A stretch of 64,000 bases of DNA from Octopus sinensis (taxonomy: Eukaryota), in NCBI RefSeq assembly GCF_006345805.1, contig NC_043002.1, positions 36,394,001 to 36,458,000 of the forward strand. Reading direction: 5' to 3'. This document shows positions 35,906-48,500 of the stretch, piece by piece (position 1 is the stretch's first letter; each line of letters starts with the position of its first letter). The position numbers were made by a program, and so were the translations under genes. The notes beneath the pieces were generated by a model. That model was not told the origin of the DNA, searched no databases, and saw only the letters and a list, made by a program, of their open reading frames with translations.

Positions 35906-38099
35906 ATAATACATTCTATATCATATTGTTCCTTTCCAACTGGGTGAGATGTATGTGGTTTTCAGACCAACATCCTTAACTTCTAGTTACTCTCGCTCAC
36001 CCCTACATTGTGCATGGTCACTGTGTATCTCTTCTAGAGCAAGGTACTTTGTCTGATTCTATCAAAAGTCCCTCAATACCTAACATAAAGCAACCTCCCC
36101 CTCTACTACAACCCAACTCAGTTGAGGGGGCTTTTTCTTTTTTCTTTTTGTTTCTTTGTCTTGAAGGTTACTTAGCAAAAAACACTAGTGTTGGTATTAT
36201 GGAAAAAAGCACTCAGTACACTCTGTAAAGTGGTTTGTGTTAGGAACCAACCATAGGAGCCATGCCAAAGCAAACATTGGAGCTTGGTGTGGTCTTCTGA
36301 TTCATTGGATCCTGTGAAATTGTGCAATCTATGCCAGTATGGAAGACAGAATTTAAATAATGATCATCAGTATCTCACACACACACTCATATGATAAAAA
36401 TATGTAAGGATTAAAACTATTGAAGGTTATTGGTTAAGAATTGTGGGGTAAGAGAAAAATATGTCTGATAAATTCCTCTTAAATCAGTTTTTAGCAGAAG
36501 GAGCAGCGTGTAGAGATATACTGAGCACATTATGCATTGGGGTGGTTGCTAATATTTAATATTGTTCACACTACAAATGTTAAATGTTATGTAATACCTC
36601 TCTTATGCCAAAATAAGTGAAATTTAATCGCATTAATAAAATAGAATTTGTGGGGAATGGCTTGAGATACAAGACAGTGTTAACACAAAGTAAATGGCCT
36701 ATTTTATGAATAAAATTAGTATTTGTAACATTGAGCAAGTGGAGAGTGCAATAAAGCAGGTTTCCATACACAGATGAATGAGATAGTATTTATTTTAGAA
36801 GAGGCTAAACAGAAAGATATACGAGACAGTAAAAGTGAGCAGTGTCAAATTATAGATCTTTGGTAACAAAAAATCTGAGATTGTGTTGTAGGCTGTAGTG
36901 TAATCAACAAAAACTGTTTTTGTAAATTTTAGGTATTTGTTTTCGATTTTCCTATTTCATCAAGGCCAATAGTTTTTGCAGCAGTGAAGTAATGTTATCC
37001 TTTACAAAAACTGTTTCTGAAACATTTGTTCACTGATATGACTGGAACCAGTCCGTTGTCTTTCTAGCAACATCAGAAATTTAATGCACCCCTGGAGAGA
37101 AATATGTCTTTGTAAATTACCTCTCTACTGAACATTGTCCTTATTTATTTCCATTAGATATTTTTTGCTGTTATTTTTATTTTTACTTGTAAATGTTTTC
37201 ATTGTAATATGCCTTTCATAATATTTCTATACAATATGAATATTCAAGGGAAGGATAAAAGTCTGGAATAAATCTATCAACTTAATTGAAACCAATTATA
37301 AATTAACTTCTTGTGTATAGTCCAGAACAGGTTGCCATACTCATAATAATCTTATTCCTTTTTATGTCCTTTGCCATACTTGAGAGTCATGAGGACTATC
37401 CAAAATCAGTTTTTAGTTACTTCCTTACATCAATGTTACAATTCTATTGTTTCTGAGATAAGGATTTTATATTATGTACAATTTACATTAGTCAGACAAG
37501 ATGTCCTCTTGATTGTTGCTTTCATTACGTTTTTCAGGTGTCTTGTATTGAACGCTGTTGTTATATCAGAATTTTGAACTTGGCCCATTATTTGATCTAA
37601 GGGGGAATGCTTCTTATTTTGCTCTCTTTGTTTTATGATATTTTTTGTGAATTCATCTCAGTGTCTTGCCTTTCATTGAACTCAGAACCTCTAGGTGACG
37701 GCACTGCATTAACAAACACCTTTATCCACTGTGTTGTGCTTGTAGGCAGTGACTGAATTTTTATGGATTGTAATCTTCATGTCTAAGCAATCTATTATCA
37801 CTATTGTGGCAATCTGTTCTTTTCTTTCTTAATTATTGGTTCCAATATTATTTTCATCTCTGTGCTTGGCCTGATTAGGAGGTTATATATATATATAACC
37901 TCCTAATATATATGTCTTAGAAAATGCATTGTTTCCTTAAGTTTTCTGATTTTTCACTGATGCACTCTATTATTTTGACCTCCTCTCACAGACATATATA
38001 CTAGGTTATATATTAACAAGCACACCCACGCAGGGGAGACCTTCAACAATCAATAATAATCAATTAACAATGGAACTCACAATATCAAAAATTAACTCC

Positions 38100-38786
38100 A
38101 ACACTTTCTAGCCTTCTGCCTGCAATTACGGCTGACCTTCCTCTCGCAATCATAGCTTCTTCCTGGCATTACAGCCTTTCAGACCGTATTCTACAAGCCT
38201 TCTAACAGTTCTGGTTGATATTTGTGAAGTACTAGCCTTGTTGAAGTCCACACAGTGCTCTGACGATGTTTTTCTTCTGTTTCTGAGTGACTAACGGATG
38301 ATGGAGCTGTCATCATAAGGTGATGTAACCTTTTTTCTACCTGTTCTTTGTATTTTTCTACCTGTTCTTCACATCTTGTGTCTCACTGAAGTGCTTGAGT
38401 CATTTGCACTGCACATCGAGAACATTTCATCTTCTAAATGATTTGCCTTTGAGACATTCCGTCTTCATAAGCTACGATTTGACCTTGCTCACACTTGCTC
38501 AACTCCCTTGTTTTAGGCATTTTACTGTTTATTAACTGTATTTACAATGTATTTTTGCATAAAACTCTGAAATAATCAAGGAAATATAAGTTCATTTTGG
38601 ACGTTTGTCTTACTCATAATGTACAGTATAAAAGTGGTAATTGGTGCTAAAGGAGGGTCAACCAGATATTGAACCTAATGTATATTGTGAAATATACCAT
38701 AATCTACCATGTGTACGAGTTTCATTAACATTGAGATAGCAGAACCCCAAAACATTGGGGTGGCCTAATACTTTTGGCCAAGGCTG
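38100..38786 (-). mobile_element. Degenerate Tc1 transposon 5' portion
   Basis: Manual translation RTGRKKVTSPYDD..RNRRKT..ISTRTVRRLVEYGLKG..RKK; TA|CAGCCTTGGCCAAAAGTATTAGG terminus at 38764-38788. Confidence 0.75.
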
Positions 38787-38820
38787 TATCAGTACCTATT
38801 CTGAAGTAGGTTGGGCACTT

Positions 38821-39256
38821 CTTAAATACAGAGCTCCTGATGCATCTATGTAATGATATGAAGCGGGGTAATCTAGTTTTACCAAAACTACTGTTAATAA
38901 CGTAAGGGGCTCAACAATGTTTTCAATCTGTTTTTACAGTGCACGCTCTTTAGGGTTTAGTTGTTAGTATTAGGTGGTGAGCATGTGTTTTACCTCTGCC
39001 CATTGTATGATATTGTGATCATCTCTTGTGCTTGTGTCAGCAATAAATGTCACTAAAATGTTTTGTATGTAACACACCATAACTTTTGAAAAAAATTCTA
39101 CCAACTTCTTCAGATCATTTGCAATAGCTGTAACTTGAAATATATCCATTTCAACTTAGACAAGAGCTGCTTATGTGAAGTCACAGTAGTTTCGGTAATA
39201 CTAGATTACCTCCCCTTTATTTCATTAAGTAGATGCATAGGGACCTCTGTATTTAA
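38821..39256. mobile_element. MITE-like element with ~75-bp imperfect terminal inverted repeats
   Basis: 38821-38894 is the reverse complement of 39183-39256; the outer 13 bp (cttaaatacagag / ctctgtatttaag) match perfectly. Confidence 0.7.
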
Positions 39257-39269
39257 GTAGTACTGTAGG

Positions 39270-40140
39270 TTGTTTCTGTGCAGAAGGTCAGCATTTCCAT
39301 CAAGTCCTCTGGTATCCTAGTATGTTTCTTTAGAGAGGTGTCTGCAACTAGTTTGTCACAAATCACTAATGTTTCATCAGTTGAGACTTTGGTGAATAGT
39401 TATCACAGCTAGACTCACCATCTGGTTGGATCCCATGGCAATACCTTTGATCAACTCTGTGATGTGAGTGGACTTCTTCACACGTAATGCCAACTTACCA
39501 GCTAACAGATTGATTATATCTACAAGGAAATGGTTCAGTTGATGACACGTTGAGCCTTGATAGCTTGCTGTAGATCTTAATGGAATGCCATCCCTGTGAA
39601 TCTTAGGGAGACTGTACATGTGTGGAAGCTTACTGTAATGTTGGATCAGTTGTCTGTATTTCATTAGTGTGAAGTGATCCTTGTACTTGGCTAAGATCTG
39701 TGACAATAACAACAACTCTGTTTTCGGAGTTGGATCTTTCTCCACTTTGCTGTAGCTTCTATCTCTGATGAGGCTTGCCACTTTTTCAAAGTATCCAGAC
39801 ATGTCCATCACCACCGTAGCATTATCCTTGTCCAGTTGGAACATAATACTTGGAAGTATTCTGATGGTACTGTCACTCTGTAGGGTTTTGGTAACCAACT
39901 TTTCTTCCCCAGTGATGTTTGGTTTTGGTGGTTTGGCTTTCTCTGCTACCTGTCTCGCTTTCCACCTTAGTTCATCTCCCTGGGTCTTGAGCGTCCTTAT
40001 GGCTACCTCCTTGATGGGGGCTATCCTGTCTAAGTATGGAATGCACTTGGTAGTTGTTGCAAAGTTGAGACTGTTTAGAACCATTTCCTCAGAGTTATCC
40101 AGATGTTGACTGTGTAGCAATATCGTTTCCCTCATTGCTA
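39270..40140 (-). mobile_element. Penelope-like (Poseidon-type) RT fragment
   Basis: LNFA, DKDNATVVMD, Y.KVEKDPT, MYSLPKIHRDGIPLR, VKKS, then LFTKV.TDE..LTFC in the next frame. No GIY-YIG domain is seen. Confidence 0.85.
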
Positions 40141-40258
40141 TCTTTACTGTTTGAGAAGAGTATTAAGAATAATCTCGTTCGAGATTACAAACATCTTTGG
40201 CTAGTTTAACATTGTTATAAACACTAATCCGATTGGTTGACACGTGACGCGATTTGTC

Positions 40259-41592
40259 TCTACCTATTTTCGCGCCACTGATTGACATGTGACACGAGTG
40301 GTCTCTACTACGTTCGCACCGCTGGTTGTCACATGACGTGATTTGCCTCCGCTTATTTTCGGGCCATTTGTTCCAAGCAGCCAATCACAGCTTTCCATTT
40401 CTGAAGTTCGTTTGAGCCACCCAAACAATATATAAAGGAGGGTTTTCAAACACCTTTGGTCTTTGGTTCTAGTCCTTCTCAGGGCTAACCTCTGACCACA
40501 GAGTTCGTCTTTGGGTTCTAGTCCTTCTCAGGACTAAACCTCTGACCACACAGCATACTCGACCATGTTCCAGTTCGAAAGGCAGGTGACCACCATTATA
40601 TCAAGAGAAAAATAACCAAACAGACCATATAATACATACAGCGGCAATAGAACACAAGTGGAATGACAACAAGGTTTCTTTTTGAGACATATACATTATT
40701 TATTTTACATATGTTACAATTGTGTCAATGTTAAGAGTTCGTAAGCGTTAGCATGTTTTTGTGTCTGTGTGTTCGTGAGGCATAAAAGGTACTGACTATA
40801 GAATTAACCATGGAATTCGGTTTGGTTCACGATTCATGTTGTTGGTATCAGCATAGCAGCAGGTAGTAGCAGAGACAATCACATATCTCTAAGTTGAGCA
40901 GCAGGTGGCCTAAGTTAGTTCTTAGAAGAACTGGAACTCAAGACAGATAATTGATTTACCGTTTATGAGGTACACGGAGTGTAAGAGTTCCATATCAAGA
41001 CGTTGCATCTCGTAGTTGAGATTAATTGAATCACTTGTTGTGTTTCATCTTTCTCTTGATATGAATATACTTCCAGATATATTAACTGTAGCCGTTTTTC
41101 CCGTGGTGAGATTTTCACCTAACCGCTAGAGTTGAATCCGTAGTTGTCTTGTGTACAAATTAAATCTTCGTAGATAAAGACGATGTTGGCGATGACGTCG
41201 TGTCTGTCACTTGGTTTTTGCAGCGTCTTCATTATATGTTCTGCTTGGTTATTTTTCTCTTGATATAATGGTGGTCACCTGCCTTTCGAACTGGAACATG
41301 GTCGAGTATGCTCTGTGTGGTCAGAAGGACTAGAACCCAAAGACGAACTCTGTGGTCAGAGTTTAGCCCTGAGAAGGACTAGAACCAAAGACCAAAGGTG
41401 TTTGAAAACCCTCCTTTATATATTGTTTGGGTGGCTCAAATGAACTTCAGAAATGGAAAGCTGTGATTGGCTGCTTGGAACAAATTGCACGAAAATAAGC
41501 GGAGGCAAATCACGTCATGTGACAACCAGTGGTGCGAACGTAGTAGAGACCACTCGTGTCACATGTCAATCAGTGGTGTGAAAATAGGTAGA
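40259..41592. repeat. Long inverted repeat: arms 40259-40633 and 41231-41592, ~600-bp spacer
   Basis: The arms are reverse complements with about ten substitutions and two short indels by eye. Each contains CCAAT, TGACGTGA-like and TATATAAAGG motifs and an internal ~47-bp tandem duplication. Confidence 0.92.
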
Positions 41593-42784
41593 CTGTTTAC
41601 ATTAGATATTGGAATTTTTTTTTCCACTGACCTTTGAGCTTCATGAACTTTCACATTCTCAAATTCTTCCTTGTACAACTTATTCAGATCTTGTTGAATT
41701 CTCTCCCAGCTTTACCCAATTAAGACACTTTGTTGTGCATCTCCATTTATAGCAAATAGATGTTGCTAGGTCACTTGTGAAACGGCAAATGGTCATAGTA
41801 TCTCATCTGAATACTGATAGATACAACTGATTAGTAATGCCATTCATCTGTAGAAGAGTAATGATCATTCTAGTTTTGCAAAATTAAAATTAGTGCAGAA
41901 CAAATTAATTTGATACTGCTCTTGATATGCATTACTTGCTAGCAAATTATTCTTTTGACAGTGAACTAGATAATTATAAAATAAAAATTTATGGCATGCA
42001 ACAGAAAATTATATACAATCCTGTACATTCTCCTTGACTAGAAAATGAGCAAGAGATGCCTATCACTCTCCTCTGTATTAAATATATTCTAATGTACTTA
42101 CTGGTTAATGGGGTTTATATAATAATCTTTGCTGTTTGAAGATAACTCTATTCCATCTCTTCAAAAAATCTTTTATGATACCTAACATTATGGTTAGAAT
42201 GTTGAATTTAAATATCTTTGCCTGCAAGGTCACTGAGTTTGTTAGACAGGATTTCTTGCTGTTGGTGTTGTATGAATATTAGCAATACTAGTTTGAATAT
42301 CTTTGGCCATAAAGGTTGTCATTTTGATATCTGGAATTTGATTACTTGTTCATTTCTTTTACATTCTTATATGAATTACTTGCCACTTTAGAATGTGAAG
42401 ATCTTCTCAGTCTAACCTTGTTGATCTCAGTTGAGATAGATTGGATACAGCAGGCTACTATGTTTGACAGTCTCATTGCTAGTGGCCTGTCATTCTGAGT
42501 TGTGTGGTTTTATGATGATGTGACTATTTACATATGTAGGATGCATGTATCTGTTGAATAGTTAGTTGCTTACATATTAATTTCATGAGTAAGAAATCAG
42601 TTTGTTGAACTGAATTCTTATTGTTGAGACTGAGGAAAATTCAAGCATTGTTTTCTTCTGTGTCAACATTTTTTAAAAATTCTGTCCCCCATAGATAAGG
42701 CACCATTGTAGTCAGCTGCAGACTAAAAGAATATTTAAGTTGCAGCATGTTTTGAAAATCAAAAATCAAGTGGTTTTTTTAACT

Positions 42785-43560
42785 ATCAGGCTGATACATT
42801 TTGAAACATGAAATTCATCTCAATATATTTCAACAATTTGGAAATTTTATTCATCAAAGTAAGTACCATTACAATGAAGACTTTTGCTCATGAGTATCAA
42901 GGCACTTGAAAAAGTGGTAGTCAGGAGAAAAGTTTGGGGAATAATCTGGGTGGGGAAGGACTTCATAGCCAAGTTCCCTCATCTTATGGAGTGTCATTAG
43001 CAAAACATGTGGTCAAGCATTGTCCTGAAGAATGGTTGGCCCTCTTCTGTTGACCAGTCTAGGACAGAGTAGCAGTTTTTCGTTCATTTTGGCAATTTCA
43101 TGGCAATATGTTTCTGCAGTAATGTTTTTTTCGAGGTTTTAAGAAGTTATAATGGATGAGTGCAGCAGTACACCACCAAACAGTCACCATAACCTTCTTT
43201 TTGAAGAGCTCGAATTTAGGGAAGGTTTTCAGTGTTTCATTTTGGTCCAACCACTGTGAAGAACATTTTTTCATTATTGTACAGAATCCACTTTTCATTG
43301 CAAATTACAATATGGTTGAGAAATGGATCAGTCTGGTTACAGAGAAGAAGCGATGAGCAAATTTCATATCTGTGCATTTTCTGATTTTCATTCAAATTGT
43401 GTGGTACCAATCTGTCGAGCCTTTCTGATCACATGCAAATGGTTGTAGGGCAGTTTTCTGCCTAACTTGAAATTCTTTTGCCAGCTCCCGAGTGGTTTAA
43501 CGTGGATCTTTCTCAATGATGGTCTTTAATTGACCATCATTGATGACTGATGGGCATCGA
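42785..43560 (-). mobile_element. Degenerate mariner transposase fragment
   Basis: KCSSQWLD..KTFPK..KKVMVTVWW..LIHYNFLKP; LQDNA near 43010-43030. Confidence 0.75.
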
Positions 43561-43574
43561 CTATGCTCACGATC

Positions 43575-44610
43575 TTCAAGGCTCTGCTAATGACACTCCA
43601 GTTGCTGCTTTTTCAGGTTTGCACTCTGCACTAATGTGGCCTTTTTGACCACACTTGTAGCAATGAAGCATCCTCCCCTCAACTGTGACTTGCAGCTTAG
43701 TCTCCCCCACCTGGATACTTTCTATCATATTTTCTAAATCAGCCAGGGCAGCCTGTGTAATTATTTCGAGGCCCTGCCCCTGCTAATTCTTCAGTCCAAG
43801 CACTGAGGCTTGGGGAATTGTGATCTTATCCTCCAAGCCATTTATTATGGCTTCCACCAGCCAAGCAAGATCTACTTTGGGTTTGGATGTCTCCTACCTT
43901 AATCTTGGAATTCCATCTGCCAAGATAAATAGGTAGGAGTACCACCTCCTGTGTTTTTAATGATGCTATCTATGCTTCTTTTGCCTTTTCCTCGGTTTTG
44001 AATTGGACTTCTATTATAGCATACTTCACTCCTCTTGCGATGTATGTCACGTCATTCCAAACTGAACAGAGGCACAGCTCCACTGCCTCTTGCGTTATCC
44101 ATTTTTTTTTTTTGCTTTGGTCACAAATGATTTATATATCATGGTGCACCGCAGTGCATTCTGCATCATTTCACTGGGAGGGGTAATCACTGTTTCACTC
44201 CCCATCCTTTTTCATCATATCTTTGTATTTTCTAAGCTCATCGCCTCTGCAATTTGTCTTTTTTTGTGACACCAGCTGCTGCTGCAAAATTGCTAGCCTT
44301 TCTTCCTTGCATAAACTCTAATCCTGTCAGCATGCCTTCTCTGCTTCTGATATCTTCACTTGTACCAGGTTCACTACTGGTCTTGGTTTTAATAGGTGAT
44401 TTGTTTTACTTTGGAAAATACAACATTTTCCCCCTTCGCACAAGGGGGAAAACGCTACCTATACTGCTTGTGGCAGACTTTTGTTGTTTAAAAAACACTC
44501 AACAAAAGTTCAACAACATAATAAATCAACAGTGCAAATTCAACAAACAGAAATATTACAATTTATGTCAAACCTTTCAAACAACACACAAAAAAAATTA
44601 CGATCAACTT
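43575..44610 (-). mobile_element. Tx1 copy F: 5'UTR and ORF1 fragment
   Basis: SNFAAAAG at 44271-44294; VEGRMLHCYKCGQKGHISAEC at ~43620-43685; 5'UTR hairpin at 44426-44452. Confidence 0.8.
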
Positions 44611-45572
44611 AGAGGTGATTGTAACAATTTCTTTGTTGCTTATAAAAGATGAACATAGAGGGGGACGAACATGGACACCACAACACATAATGTTTGTTAT
44701 AATTAAATTGTGATTAAAAATTCATAAAAATATGAAAAATTCAAAAAAACATGAAAAATTGAAAAATCAGAAAAAACTGAGATGAATATATAAAATTGAT
44801 GAAATTGGACAAATAAATATGGGGTTCTAATCAACCCACCAGTTGTTTCCCCCCACTTTGTTTTTCCTTTTTTTCCTTCAGGACTGGCTATACCAGCTCG
44901 ATACCTTCCGCTCACATTATTCTTACTATAAGCGTCCATCTTTTTTGAAACATACCTTGAGACAGGAACTTCCTCTCCAGATGGATCTTACTCCGCAAAT
45001 GATAGTTAAAAAAACTAATCAACCGGCATCCAGAGATGAAGTTACCTGTCTCAGTTCCTCTTCTGCGCATCGTCCATACTGTGTCTTTCAGTATGGCCAC
45101 TATGCAGAAGAAACTTACCTTACGTTCCTTGTTAAAGGAGGAAGGTGGTAGAATATTTATGACAGACTCAGCCGACAGCTGTACTCTTTCTGTTTCCGAC
45201 ATCAGTTGTTCGACATAGGCTATCAGCCCCTTTAATTTCTCACAATACACAAAGGCATGCAGAACAGTTTCAGTGTTCTGCGTGCACCTTGGGCATGTAG
45301 GAGGGATGCCAAAACCATGCCATGACTGCTTCTCTTGAACTGGTAAAGCCCCTTGATAGATCAACCAAGCCAGGGATTTCTGGAAATTATCCAGGTACCC
45401 CAGCTCAAATGTCCTACCAAAGAGACTGGTTAATTGGTTTCCATCGTAGATTAGTTTCCCCTAGGATGTCATCAGACTTAGCCACTACTAAATCACTATA
45501 GAAGTCTGCAGTAGTAGCCTCGTTGCCAGTATTGCCTGCCTGAGAGAACAGCATAATTGCCCGTCTGCACTC

Positions 45573-48500
45573 GATTTCTTTATTACCTATAAAAGGCTAC
45601 ATAGAGGGGAGCAAAACAATCCCGAATGATTTTTACGATTATGATGCATTTTGGGATCAATAAAAATTTGGATGATAGTTATAAGGTTTCGAATGATAGT
45701 ACATATACATTGGACAATTTTACAAATGGAGTGGGGTGGGTCTACGGACCCCACAAACCCCGCCATGACACTTGGTCTTATGTTTTTCTTTTTTTTTTCT
45801 GTCCTATCTCGTATTTATGAGGGACCTTTTACTCACGACATTTTCCCACCTTTCATTGAACACTTTCTTACTCAGGCCCCTCCTCTCTAGTTCTATTTGT
45901 CTTTTCATGTGGAATTTAAAAAAGACCACCAGACTAGAACCAGAGATGAAGTCGCCTGTTATCCCTTTCATCCTTGTCTTCCATACTACCTGTTTCGCAG
46001 TTGAAACCACAGGAAGAAAACAATTCTTACCTTCTTTCGTTAAGAAATCCGGTGGGCTGATTTTTGCAATGGATTCAGCTGACAGCTGTACTCCTCCTCC
46101 ATCTGACAACAGCTGTTCGGCAAAAACCCACATATCTGCCACCTCCGAACACTGTACGATCGCGTGCAAGACGGTTTCCCTGTCTCGCCCACACCTCGGG
46201 CTGACTTGGCCTCCATGCCTTGCGAGTTTGTCCCGAACAGGTAAGGCACCTCGGTAACACTGCCAAGCCAAGGACTTCTGAAAATTATCCAGGGTCCTCT
46301 GCCCAAATGTACGAGGGGCGTTCAATAAGTAATGCCCCTGACCCACTTCCCATAGCAGTAGAGCAACGAAACATGGCACAGTTATTAGTCTTTTTCTACA
46401 TAGGAACCACCCAGAGTTACGCATTTCTACCATCGTTTGATACAGCTCTGGAGACCGTTTTTATAGAAGACCCCAGCTTGGTCCTCCAACCACAACGTGA
46501 CTTCAGAAATCAAGGCTGCATCATCTGGGAAACGCTTTCCTTTCAAAAACAACTTCACGGCTGGGAAGAGGTGAAAGTCTTTTGAAAAATTTTGACTCAT
46601 CTTCTTGGCACATCTCCAAATTTATCCTTGAGCACTCGACGCGTTCTTGCTTCTGGAAAGGTGTGAGCAACCTGGGAATCCATCTGGCAGACACCTTTTG
46701 CATATGCAAATGGTCATGAATGATAGTTTCCACAAACCCGGTACTAATCTTGACCTCATGGGCTATTTGGCGAATAGCTATGCGTCGATCTTCCAAAATG
46801 GCAGCCTCAACTTGATGGACAGATGCCTCATCAATGGCAGAAGGGGGGGGGGGGGGCGACCAGATCTGGGAGCTGTTTCCACTGAGTTCTGACCATATTT
46901 GAATTCATGATGCCAGCGTTTTACGAGGTCATATGATGGGGCATCATCACCACAAGTTACTTTCATTTCATCAAAAGTCTCCCGTGGTGTGCGTCCTTTC
47001 AAATACAAAAACCGGATCACTGCTCGACACTCAACAGGCTCCATTTCACACTTGACTCAGTTCAAACACCTGTAAATCAGAAACCACAATTAGTTCAGAA
47101 CTGTAATTTGCCACTTAATCTATAGAAATATAAATAATTGCCCATGCAAAATTTCAGCTGGATCAAACAACTGCAAGTGGGTCAGGGGCATTACTTATTG
47201 AACGTCCCTCGTATGTTGGAACAGACTGGCCAGCTGATTATCGTCGAAACCTAGAGTTTCCCCTAGTGTATCATCACAACCGGCCTCTACAAACCCTCTA
47301 TAGAAAACAGCGGTAGAACCACTGCCGCAGGCATTGCCCGAGCAACGGAATAGGCGGAGTGCCTTGCGACACTCCGTATACCAACTTCGATCTGCGATTA
47401 AACCAGTCTTCCCGTCCACCGAAACTGGTGAACTTGGGGAACATCTGTTTCGCCAGTGGAGACCACACCCGTTCACCATCCAGATGGAGCCACAGATGCC
47501 TTAGCCTCAGTGTATTTCTGCGCATAATTAGCCACGGCATCCCTAGTCCACTCTTTAACGGTTTTTGACAACAAATAGAGCGTCTCACAAGTGGTTTCGA
47601 GCTCTTCCACAAGAAGAGAAAGAGCTGTCTTGCCAACCTGGTCAACCACGAATCCGGGAAGGCGGTAGGTGATCACCGATGCGATAAACACATTGGCTAC
47701 CTCTGCCCTACCTTTCAGGGATAACCACCGACAAGACCAGGTCTTGACTATTGCGGCCACCCTGCTCGATACCTCGCTCCAGTTCTTCTCTATTTGGAGG
47801 TCTGGTCCAAACCAAACCCCAAGCAACTTAACCGGACCCTCCGTCCAACATCCCACGACGCTGTCTGGAGGCATCGACTTGCCTCTCCAGGTGCGGAGTT
47901 GCAAGCCAACTGATTTTTCGCGATTAACTTTTGCTCCTGTCACCGTCTCGTAAACCTCTATGGCCTTGCCTACTTTACGTAGGAGGTCCACTTCAGTCAC
48001 GATGATAGTGATGTCATCCGCGTACGCCGAAACCGACATCTCACGACCTGGCTGCCTCGGGATGCCACTCAGTTTTCGCAGCAGCAGCTCAAGAGCCACT
48101 ACATATAAAAGTGGGGAGAGTGGGCATCCCTGACGGACCGAGCATTTGACTTTAAACGGCTTAGAAAGAAAGCCGTTCACCCGAACTACCAAGTCGACGT
48201 TGTCGTACATTTTGATGATCCACCTGAGGACGCCAAGACCCAGGCCGAACTGAGCCAGAACGGACACCAGGTAATGATGGTCGACCCTATCGAAAGCTTT
48301 TGATTGGTCTAAATGGACCACTGCCCCTCCCTTGCCAGGATCGTTATTAATTCGTGGACTCTTAGCTAGGTTTCTATCTATCTTTCTAATTAGTATCCTG
48401 TCTATGTATGACTTGAGAGATCCGCCGCCGCTTGACCATGTCACAATAGAGCGTTTGGATGTTCCAGTCTATATGGATCTACCAGCTCAAAGCGTCTTAG

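Noticed and set aside
39370-39385. ctgatgaaac (minus strand) in the Penelope fragment as a hammerhead
   Set aside because: No stem II separates the two motifs, and the sequence lies in RT coding frame (TDET).
44611-44627. Shared 5'-terminal motif between copies F and G
   Set aside because: The geometry (44611-44627 and 52364-52380 flanking G) fits a target-site duplication better.
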